From assembly GCA_907165135.1 (NCBI GenBank), contig OU015568.1, positions 6,882,001-6,946,000 on the forward strand: a stretch of 64,000 nt of DNA, in the 5' to 3' direction. The DNA comes from Oikopleura dioica. Lineage: Eukaryota > Animalia > Chordata. The notes below the pieces were generated by a model. It worked only from the letters and a program-made list of their open reading frames with translations, did no database searches and was not told the origin of the DNA. This document shows positions 35,130 to 45,900 of the stretch, one piece after another. Made by a program: the position numbers and the translations under genes. Within the stretch, counting starts at the first letter, position 1. Each line of letters begins with the position of its first letter.

Positions 35130-35918
35130 GAGCTGTCGATGGGAACAGTTGTTGTTACTGGTGGAATTCTCGGGAAACCCGAGAAAAATTAGGTGAGGTG
35201 AGGGGAGGTGAAAATTTTTCACCTAATTTCACCTAAAGGTGAATTTGGGTGAAAGTCGATTTTTGAAGATTTTAGGTGAGGTGAGGTGAAGTGAAAGATT
35301 TTAGGTGATTGATAGGTTAAGCTAAGCTTCGCAGTATTATCGATGAATAATTGTATAATATGACGACCAAAGGTATTTGATGGCTGACAAGTGATTTTAT
35401 ACTCAATTCACCGGCAAATATGGCTCTTTCTATCATTTTAAAAGAATTTTTCGTGAAGATTAAGTTTCGTAAAATTATTTCACCCAGGGTGAAAAAAGGT
35501 GAAAATTGATTTTCAAAAATTTTGGGTGAGGTGAGGTGAGGTGAAAACTTTTCACCTAATTTCACCTCAAGGTGAAGTTGGGTGAAAGTCAATTTTCGAA
35601 AATTTTAGGTGAGGTGAGGTGAGGTGAAAAATTTTCACCTTCACCCACCTTCACCTAGGTGAATCTTGGGTGAGGTGAATTTAGAACTCTGCTCGGGTTT
35701 ACTGGCTGTTCGTTCACCTCCCGAACGCCTATGCTACCGAATATAAGACCTATTCCAATCAAGAAAATTATGAACAATAAAACAGCAATAATTTTGCACG
35801 CAGTGGGCGTCGATTCCCATTTCTCGAGGCATGATCTTTTCGATTTTCTATCTTTCAAATCCGCCGTTGTTTGATTATTCTCAAGGTTAATGGGTGTATT
35901 CTCATTTTCAGATCTCAT
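35130..35918 (-). CDS. Candidate small type II membrane protein
   Basis: ATG ORF 35655-35918 with TM IIAVLLFIIFLIGIGLIFGSI. Probable downstream exon RIPPVTTTVPIDSSDLPR* lies beyond the AGGTG repeats. Confidence 0.45.
35186..35312. repeat. AGGTG/CACCT hairpin minisatellite, block 1
   Basis: aggtgaggtgaggggaggtgaaaatttttcacctaatttcacctaaaggtgaatttgggtgaaagtc... Confidence 0.9.
35480..35682. repeat. AGGTG/CACCT hairpin minisatellite, block 2 (direct repeat of block 1)
   Basis: ggtgaggtgaggtgaaaacttttcacctaatttcacctcaaggtgaagttgggtgaaagtcaatttt... Confidence 0.9.
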
Positions 35919-36554
35919 TGAAATTTTATTTTTTGGTTTTTTCTTCCTTGAGACTAATTGTGCCGATTCAAAGTGCAGCGGATAATTGTTTTTACGATGA
36001 AAACTAATTAAAGGTTTTAATTCATTTTCGCCGATTCATCATAAAAGCTTTCCGGTTCGTTGGATGTCGTTAATCTGAGGGAGGAAGCCTACTTAATCAA
36101 AAAGTATTTTTCAAGTTGGTCTTTCTCGGCTGAAAAGCTTGTCAAGTTTTATGAATTTAAAATATATGGACGCTTAGTTTGGGCCAAATTTATTCACATG
36201 AAAAATCATTTCGCGGATTTGTTGATAATCATCTAAAAATTAAGGCGCTACCAGCATCTAATCTTTACCTAGAAATAAACACAAGAAAACAGTTTTCTGC
36301 AAATTACTGCAAATAGAAAAAATGCTAACAATGCGTGTCCGGGCGCGTCACTTTCCGAAATGGCTGGCTGTGAGTACCGGTCAGGCTGACTGCCCGCTAC
36401 TTGAGAAACGTTACAACTGATAAGGAAATGCGCACTTGCCCCGCTTTCCACTTATTGTCATTTTTTTCGGTTTCTGGGTCATTTTCGTCTGTTAAAAAAT
36501 GGATTGTAAAGTGGTTCAGTTTCTGATTTCAAGAAAGTTTTTGAAATTTTGGCC

Positions 36555-36692
36555 TCTTGACCAACTAAAATTTCGACAAATTTTGCGTGGGCGGCTACTC
36601 GGCTTCTGATTTGGAAGCCGAGTTCAGGCTTCTGATTGGTTGAAAATTTCGACGCAAAATTTTTCGGGATTTTTTATCGCTTCCTGACACCT
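36555..36692. mobile_element. CCAAT-box-bearing TIR element (family C)
   Basis: Reverse-complement homologue of 53975-54110; terminal arms tttcgacaaattttgcgt / acgcaaaatttttcggga. Confidence 0.75.
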
Positions 36693-37254
36693 CCCCTATA
36701 TTTTAGCCCAAATATTAAATATTTAATTTAGTCAACTTAAATTCATGTTGAAAATCAGGTTGATGGTACCGCCCAACTAAATTTGACTGAATAAAACTGG
36801 AACAGGAAGGTAAGTAATCGTGGGAAGAGCTTGAAAAACGGATAAGCGCCTGTCTTTCTTCTGAATATTGATATGCCTATTTTCAGTTTTTCGTTGACCA
36901 ATATTTTCCAAAAGAAATTTTCATGACAAGTTCAAAAATCCAGAAAAAAGAACGTGAGAAAGCAGCTACTAGAAGATAGAATAAATTGTGTTGAATTGAT
37001 AGCTGCAGCTTGAGATGGTTAGCTTGGATAAATATTTTCGCGCCTTTTGCAAACGTGCTCAAACGATCTTCATTTCATAATCCTCAACTTCGCAGGAGAT
37101 CCAAAAAAGGGGGAAAGAAGGAGATTTATTTTGTGCAACAACAGAGCGCGTCAGATGCGCCGGGACGACGGACGCGGCAAAACAGAGCGATCATGTTTTA
37201 CCAGAAAGCCTTGTCAAACCGGAATCCTCAGCTCGGATTGAAATAACAGCTTTC

Positions 37255-37425
37255 CAAAGCTTTTTCTTTCATCGTTGAAATTCTCGACTCGAGAAGCAGC
37301 TTGCGGCTCTAAGCAAATAACTGAAATAGCCGCGCTTCGCGCGGCTTCTTCTTTATTGTTGCTCGAAGCCGCAAGCAGCTTCTCGAGTCGAAAATCTCGA
37401 CGATGAAAGAAAAAGCCTTTTGAAG
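37255..37425. mobile_element. Palindromic element with aagcngc core and distinct termini
   Basis: aaagctttttctttcatcgttgaaattctcgactcgagaagcagcttgcggct / agccgcaagcagcttctcgagtcgaaaatctcgacgatgaaagaaaaagcct. Confidence 0.85.
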
Positions 37426-37737
37426 CATCTTGAATTGCGGCGACGGTATTAGTTGAGTCTGAGGAGGCTGGGAAACTGGCGATAATGAGAACTTCATTAG
37501 AAGTGGTTAGGGGCGCTTTTTTGTTCGTTAGTCGGCAGCTGTAAAATTGCAGAGTATCAATATGAACGAGCAGCGTGCTTCACGATACTTTTATGTTTTG
37601 TAATGGCACTAATTTTCAGTAGCGGGCTTCTTTTTCTTCAGTGGAAGTAAACAATCTGAGAAAATAAAGATTTTCTTCGGAAAAGACAGCGATTTTCAGA
37701 CCGTTCTTTTTTGAATAAAAAGATTGAGCTGATAAAT

Positions 37738-37925
37738 GCTCGGAAACCTGAGTCAGGAATCCTGACTCAGGATTAGGGTTAGGTTTAGGTTTTTTTAATG
37801 AAAAGCCGCAGAGCGGCTTTTTTCGTAAACGAAGCCGCAAAGCGGCTTCGCAAAATGACCATTCAGATCATTTTCTTTTTATTTCAGAACCTGACTCAGG
37901 TTTTCTACACAGTTTTCTTAGCCCG
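37738..37925. mobile_element. MITE family A copy with internal rearrangement
   Basis: cctgagtcaggaatcctgactcagg mini-palindrome, aagccgc cores, right arm cctgactcaggttttctacac. Confidence 0.85.
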
Positions 37926-37989
37926 GGATCAGTTACGACTGCACATAAAAGAAATAGCTCAAGTGAAAGTATGAATTGTAGTTGACCGA

Positions 37990-38181
37990 GGAAAGGAGGC
38001 TCTGATGATCCACCAAGTTCGATGAAAAGGTCAACTTTCACAGAGGTGTCGCTTCGGAGCCGTTTGCGCTCGAACGTGGCGAGGGCGGCGCTGCGGAGCT
38101 TGGCGCGAGCGGGGCGAGAATCATGAGCGCTCGCGAATGGAAAATCGCCCGCGGCGATCTTTTGCTCCCTTCGACACGGCG
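37990..38181 (-). other. Isolated GC-rich exon-like segment of unknown gene
   Basis: Acceptor ttattgtcag, then an open frame PCRREQKIAAGDFPF..AKLRSAALATFERKRLRSDTS with coding-like codons. Other frames are also open, so strand is uncertain. Confidence 0.35.
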
Positions 38182-40413
38182 CTGACAATAACCCAAGAGC
38201 AAGAATCTATTTTTGGTGCCGAATCTATTAAACTCGTTTTCTTCCTTTTTTTCTTGAAACACTAGAGATAAAAACGAAACTACGACGGCTGAAAAACGAA
38301 GATTTAGAAAAGAATAGAAGCTTTCACCATGGACAAGATTAGCAATTATGCTACTTGGCTTTTGTCACGGAATTTTCAATAATTTTTTATGATTTTTGTC
38401 AAGAGAAAAAATTTGAGAAAGAAGATTTTTCGAGAAAATTTGGGCGAAGTTTTCATCAGAAAGATTATTAAAAAGGGACAAAAAATAAATATTTCTGTTA
38501 TTTTTTATTATTTCGAAAAACTATTTTTGATTTAATTTTTGGTTAAAAAATCATTAGAAAAAGTCTTCCTAATCGATCAATCCTCCAAAGCGTTACGATT
38601 TTTCTTCAAAAATTGCCTTCCTTCTATCGTTTTTTTCGTTACGCTACTTCCGCTCGCCAACGATGATGAATTTCCACTATCGATATGCGTCCGTCTTATT
38701 TTACCATGATGAGTTGCTGACGAAAATCTCTTCCCCTTCTTAAATTTTTCTTCGTTTTTTGAAAAATAAAAGTTCAAAATAAGGAATTATCGAAAATTAA
38801 ATTAAATTACAAAGACAATTATGAAGTCTGATTAGCCTAAAAGCCCCATGGAGACATCTGATTGGTAAAAAATTTGACCAAAATTTTGGTCAAAATTTTC
38901 GTATTTTTGTAAAATTTTTACGTTTTTTCCAAGATTAAAAATTTCTTTTTTAGTTGAAAACGGTAGTAGAATAATTTTCCTAAAGAATATTTTGGAATTT
39001 CAAAATGAATCTGATTCGGGAAGAAGATCCAGCTGGCTGAGCTAAAGAGATCGAGTGGCGGGAGCGACATAAGAAGCTCAGTTTTGGATTAAAAGTTTCT
39101 CTTGTTGCACCATTTGAACAAGGAGAAACGTGGAGACCTATTTTCTCGCCAACTTATTTTTGATTTCAAAAGAGGCGGAGATAAACTTCTGGCATAAATT
39201 AACGGGCTACGTCACAAATCACCGCACGTTCAACAGATAAGCCAAGTTGCTCTTCTTGTCAGAATCAATGTTGCCTATTCATCGATTTCAATTTCAAGCT
39301 AGAATGTCTACTTTCTAATCATTTTTTTCTTTCTGAAAAATCGTTGAAAAAAATCCTTACAGCAATTTCTCTCGATAACAAATCTTTCCATCAAGAATCA
39401 TCAAGACCTCTGATTGGCTCTTCTTTCTTTTCGACCAATCAGGTGGCAGATAGCTCGATGGAAAGCTTCGTTATTGTCGGAAACTCTTGTAGATTTTCTC
39501 TTCTTATATTTCTGTCTTTCCACATCAGAAGGAGCTCAGGAGTACAATCGGAAACGAGCTTCTGATAAGGGCGTCATAAGCGTTTTCTTTATCGCGATTC
39601 CACTAGCTTAATTAGAAAGCCTCTCCAAGTCATCAGTTTCGCTTTTTTATCAAACTATCCGGTTGTTACGAGCTGGTAACCACTCTAATCGCCAAAAACT
39701 GCGACACGTACTGGTATCACTCAGCGGGTGATTAAATCCGGCCCAACATGACCCGCTTTTCCGCATCATTTTTTGGAGGAGAGGAAAATATTCTAGAGAG
39801 AATTCAAGCGGCAAGCGAGGTTGAGAAAAAAGCGTAAAGCTTTGGTTACTCGATTATTCAGCTCATCCGGCTAGTAGCAGAAATATTCACCACCCGGTTA
39901 CTCGATTTTCCGGCTCTCTGCGAATCCCGAATCAGTTTTTTCATATAGAAAAGTCAGAAAATGCGAGGAAGCCATTGCTCAAGGAAGAGTTTGATGATCC
40001 ATAAATATTGAGCAGTCATCTCTATTTCATAATCCCGCGTGAGACCTTCTTAGTGCCGTATTTATCCGGCTCAAGGGGGAATTATCCACCGCCAAATCCA
40101 GTTTCTTACGGTAGCCGTAAAAAAAACAATCGACACTGAAAGTCTCTCTCTCTCGACCTAATTTGAGTTCATCTGCCAACTGCAACGTTCTAAAGAGCTC
40201 GCCTTTCAAGAGCTGCTTCAAGAAAAAGTTAAGCTCAAAAACAAACTTTCGTCTATTCTTTCAGATGCACAGTTTTATAACTTGTCTGTTGCCGCGTAGA
40301 GCAATTCTAGTGTTACATCCTTTTTCTTTTGATGCTGAAAATCAGTTTCAAAATAGGAGCCTTTTAAAATGACCGAAAATCATTTTGAGATCTTTAGTTC
40401 AAAATATCCAAAA

Positions 40414-40612
40414 AACCTGTGTAAAGACCTAAGTCAGGGTATAAAAGATCTTCAAAGAAAAGCCGCGAAGCGGCTTCGCCAAAATTGACTTTTTTAAAGT
40501 CAATCTCGAAACTTTGGCGAAGCCGCTTCGCGGCTTCGTTTTTAAAAAAGCCGCTACGCGGCTTTTCTTCGAAGCTCTTTTAAACTCTGACTCAGGCTTT
40601 TTACACAGGTTG
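40414..40612. mobile_element. MITE family A copy
   Basis: aacctgtgtaaagacctaagtcaggg ... ctctgactcaggctttttacacaggtt. Confidence 0.9.
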
Positions 40613-40978
40613 AATCTGAGTGCCCGGAAGTCAACCATCACTTTACAACTCAGTTTATGTCAAAACACACAAAATTCGTAATCAATCAATGTTTTTTCGT
40701 TTTTGATATTTTCGATTTCGCGGTTTTCGAGCATCAGTTTGATGTTGTTGAGAGCAGTTCAAATTTTGTAACTTTCTTTTTGAAGTCAGATTTTTTGACT
40801 GGTGTATTCTCCGAAGAGAGCTTGTTCCACACGATACTCATGTGGGTTATTTTTTGAGAGTGATTGATTGTCTACTTCTGCTGGGGTTTTTGGTTACCAA
40901 GGTTTTAATCGTTCCGGGAGGTGTTGTTAAAAATCCATTTTTTCTGGGTTATGAAAAAATGTTACGAAGGAGATTTAG

Positions 40979-41168
40979 ACTGAGCTCGGCAACAAGCAAC
41001 CTGTGTAGAAAACCTGAGTCAGGTCCTGAGACAGGATTTGAAAGGGTTGAACTGAAAAGCAGCGTAGCGGCTTTTAAAAACGAAGCCGCGAAGCGGCTTC
41101 GCCAAAATAACGATCTCAATGCTTTAGATTTCAACGACAAATCCTTACTCAGGTTTTTTACACAGGGT
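40979..41168. mobile_element. MITE family A copy
   Basis: ctgagctcggcaac..aacctgtgtagaaaacctgagtcagg ... ccttactcaggttttttacacaggg. Confidence 0.88.
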
Positions 41169-41627
41169 TTTTGATAAACATTCATTGGGCTTTTTTCATC
41201 CATTTTCAACTGAAAAATACTGAGCTTTTTCATGAACTAAGGTTTTTTCCTTTCTTTTTAAACGTTTGTTAATATATTTAGAGACCAACTCACTAAATTC
41301 CTTTTTAAAAATATTGGCCAGCGCCGCCGCGGAATTTTTAGAGCGATAAGTACTTCTCTGATGCTGTTTTCCCAAAAACGCGACCCCTGACTCCGTCTAA
41401 CTTTTGCAAAGCGCTGGGAACGCTAAAACTTTTGCGATATGCTTCACTAGTGAGTCTGCTTCCTTTAGGGGTTTCGGGAGACACGTAGATTAGACGATTT
41501 TATTTGCTGTTTTTGCATTTTGCCAGTAACACTACTAATTGAGTCGCAGATGGGGAGAGAAAGTGTTTTCAGTGCAAACGATAAGACTTTTCTTTCCTGA
41601 TTTGAGCAGCATCAAAATCCTGCTTTG

Positions 41628-41856
41628 ATGTGGAAACTCTGAGTCAGGGTCATAAAAGAACTTTGATAAAAGCCGCAAGCGGCTTCTTTTATAAACTAAG
41701 CCGCGAAGCGGCTTCGCAAAAGTACTTAATTTAATCCAGTTTAAACTCTTGCGAAGCCGCTTTGCGGCTTAGTTAAAAGCCGCTACGCGGCTTTTCATTT
41801 TAGTGCTTCCAAAACCTGACTCAGGTTTTCTACACAGGATTGCGAGCCCAGCTCAG
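41628..41856. mobile_element. MITE family A copy
   Basis: ctgagtcaggg..aagccgc cores..cctgactcaggttttctacacaggattgcgagcccagctcag. Confidence 0.9.
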
Positions 41857-42957
41857 CGATTTTTGAGTGAACTTGAGTTGCTTCTGAAACTAACCACGTG
41901 GTCAAGTTTTGAACAGCATATTTCGGCGACTATCGACCATTGTTCAAAAAGAATCAACCTCAAAGGAGCTTTCGGTACTTGCGTAAAATCCCAACTGGAT
42001 TCTCTTCTCTTTTCCAGCGGAAAAGGAATGTCGATAGAAGTGGCCCAAGTGGGGTCGAGTTTCTTTCAATTTTTTTATTCAAAAATTCAACTCAGCTCCG
42101 CGTGGCTCCTCCCACGTGACCTCCAATTGAAAATTGACAATGTTAGAAAATACATCTAAACAAGGAGCTCGATCGCGAGCTTAACTCAATTCTGGTGCGC
42201 ATGAAATCGAAAATTATAAAATTACAACTTGCATTCGGCGCGGTTGTTTCTTGCGTTTCTTGGGCCACATTTCGAATTTGGGCAACTGCTCGTTAGCAGT
42301 GAAATCTTACTCAGACCTTTCTTTTTTCAATCTCCCTCTTTTTCGCCAGAAAATTTGATTTTTCGAATTTAGAAAATCGAAAAATCTAAATCGAAAGTCG
42401 AAAAATAAAGTCGTGGAAAGCACGTGGGCATTTTAGCTAAACGGTATCCGGTTGGCGACAATAACAGTCAGTGGCGATTTTAGGCCGCGCTTAATCCTGG
42501 AACGGGTTGAGTTTCGCCCCTTCGGAAATTGAGAATCGCTTGATCCCCTCCTCCCAGTTTTGCTGTAGCTTGTCTCGATTTTAAACAAAGGGGAATAGAA
42601 GGTGACAGCCTTAACACGCGGACCGGGTTACCTGGGAACAGTAAAAGAAAACTACCGTCCACCTGGACTCTTTTTCTCGAGTCGTTTTCTAAAAATCTAG
42701 TCTTACTCAATCGACTTTCTTCAATTGAAAATTCCATCGATAGCTACTCATAGGCCATTTGGCGATTCTTGGAACGCTGTTCAAAAGTAGCCTTATCTCG
42801 ACAGATCAGCCGATCAGGCAGCTTCATAGGAGAGAGGTATGCTTATTTCCCGGGTGTATCTAATCATGATGCTTTATTTTAAGTACCAAAGCAGCTTTTT
42901 AGCAGCTTCTAAGCAGCTCTATCAACTGATGGACATGTACTTATCTGACTCTTTTAG

Positions 42958-45900
42958 ACGCTGGAAATGGAACACAAGGGACCTGAGATAAGGATGGTCC
43001 ACAAAGAAGTCGCCCAAGCTGTCAACTCCTCCCTCGACCTGCGTCTTGAAAAAGACTCAAACCAGTGCCCGCTCGGCTACTACAGGTAACAACTGTGTTT
43101 CCACTGCGATCTCAGCAATCGTCAGCAATTTGGCAACTTCCTCTGGCAGTCTGCAGGGCCGCGTGTGTCGCTATACCCGCAATCCTCTTTTGTCGAAACC
43201 GTTTTCGGAATTCACTTTTGGTGGAGTCCCAGCTCAAATCCTGTAAATAGCAACAAATTCGGGCGGGGGCCACAATTTAGAGCATTTTCAAATTTAGGAA
43301 GCAGAAATTTTGAATTTAGATCTAGGCGTTACCTTTCGCGAATCCGCTTATTCAGTAACTTGAATCTTCTGCTCGGCAACCTGAGTCAGAGTCTGTAAGA
43401 TCTTTGATGAAAAGCCGCGTAGCGGCTTTTTAAAAACGAAGCCGCGAAGCGGCTTCGCCAGTATTTAAAGATAGATTGGTATGATTATGCTGCGAAGCCG
43501 CTTCGCGGCTTCGTTTTAAAAGCCGCTACGCGGCTTTTCATTAGAGATCTTTCAGACCCTGACTCAGGCTTTCTACAAAGGTTGCCAAGCTTAGATTGAA
43601 TCAATAAAGCCAAATCCTACCTAGAAAATGACGGTTAATGCATAAGAGAAAAAGGCCGCTGTTGTAAGAAGGCTAAATCAAAAATTCGTCTAATCCAAAT
43701 CAGTGCGACCAGTTTGTGACCTTTGTCAGATTAACCGGTTGAGAGGGTGAGCGAGGAAATTCCGAGGAACTTACGTTAACCATCTGCCAGCAGGGCGTCT
43801 CTTTTATTCCTTTCCCTGTGCTTAGAGCATTAGCTGACCGCTAAGGGTCTATCACGTGGTCGCCAGAGTGGATTCTTGAGAGGCCGATCAGCTGCTGGAG
43901 ATAAGAAGTCGTTTAAGGGTCTTTAACATTTTTATGGGCAGCGAAGTACTGAGTCTAAATTGTTCGTTCCGATAGCAAATTTGATTTTTCAAATTTTGAA
44001 ATTGTTGAGCCCCGGTGACACATAAAGCGGATTGTATTGAACCACTACTAATGCAAAGGGCTTTTTTGCGCCGCCGCCCGTCTTGGTCCTCGGGCTTGGC
44101 CTTCTAAATAATCCACCCTTGTCGGGGAAACATCAAATCGTGTTGAAGTCGCAAACCAGCCGATCAGTGGCTTTTTCGCTTTGTTAACAGACCGATTTGA
44201 TTATTGGCCATTCCGGGCGAGCGGGGTGGGAAATAGAGAACGTGCGTTTAACGACGTTTATCGCCCAGCACTTTGTTTCTGCAAGGACTTTACTGTGCGA
44301 TTACTTGACTCGTGACATTTGTGAGTTGGCGAAGTTATGATCATAGATCATTTAAAGTTTAGATCTTCATCGAGGATTGAGTAATTCAGACCTCTTTTTC
44401 GCCCGTTTTCTCGGTTTTTTTTTTTCTCCAGAAAAAGTTGGAGCAACTTGAAGTTCGAGTGAAAAAACACCGTAAATCAGCTATTTGGTGGAGGCACTCC
44501 GACTACTACACTCCTGGTGAAATGGATAATCCGCTTTTTCGATCGTGGAAAATGAGCTGGAAAAGTCGGCTCGCGGCCCCTCTTCACCTCGAGGCTTTGG
44601 AGGTTAAATTTCTCCATCTCCTTTTTCAACAAATGGGCACGCATTTTTTAATAATTGCCACTCGTTTTCGCGATTCACAGAGAGGGAGGAGGGGTATTAG
44701 AAACATGTGTCTTTCTTTCTCTGTCGCGCTGAAAATTAATGAGTTTTGAAAGACGCCTTTTTACTTGCGATTTTTTTTCGTTCAAAAAGACAATCCACGT
44801 GCGCCTGGATCGCGGTCGCGGGGCATTAGCAGCGATTCAAAATCATCGCGTGGTTGATTCCGTATCTGTTCGTAGCTCAAGTCCGAGGCGGCAATTTTAA
44901 GTTCATCCTTCATCCGCGCCACGATGCAAGCAGGAGACATAGAGAGCGTCCTGTTTGTTTGGATATCCGGACGTACTTTGGTAGCTCAGCCTTTTTCATC
45001 TTTTCCGGATTCCGCCTGAAAACGCGAAACGAAGGCTCCATTCAGCTCTGTTGTTTGACAGGAGTTGGAGGCTTAGACTGCCTAATCCTGAAAAAATCGA
45101 AAAAGAAAAAGCCACTAGAGTCGAGGACACATGTCTCTGTGGTGACAGAGAAGAACCCAAAAACACCCCAGAACGTGGAAAAAAGCGGATTGAGGGGGAA
45201 AGGTTCCTCGGCTCTTGTACTTCCAACAAGTACGCTACGTCGGAAATCTCATTTTAGGCAATAGAATTTGCAGCAAAAAAGCCGCAACTTTGTAAGTTGG
45301 CAATTTTGTCTCCAAATTTCTCGAAATGTCTTAAAATGTTTCGAAATGTCTCGATATGTCTCAGAATGTGCATTTCAAAATTCGAGTTCTTGAGCTTGAG
45401 ATTTGGAAAGAATGGTCAGTTTCTTTTCTGTTGATCGGTAAACAAACGCGGTTCTCTTCAGGCCTGATTGGCAATTTGAGTCGGAAACAGTCAATTACCG
45501 GTTGACTATGCTCCTTACACGTGGATATATACCTCAAAATACTTGCATAACATTTCCAGAGGATGGATTGATACATCGCAACATCGGAAGTAGACATTGT
45601 AATGCAAGATTCGTTCTTTTATTCAGCGGAAGCAGCTTCATGTCTCCAGCTTCTCGATTTTTAAAATCGATCATGATTCGAGTTGATTTGCAGTGACGTG
45701 TATGCAAGAGAAGTGGTACCTGAGCTGGAATGTTGAGTCACGTTTTCGACGTTTTCTTTCATCTTTTTTTGGAGAAGGGGTCGCCACCAGAGCTATACAA
45801 AAATGCGCGTTGCTATTTTAATGGCCAGTGGATAGCTAAATTCTCGTGAATCGGAGTACACAGAACCTGGGACCGGCAAAACGATCGTCGATCAGGCATT

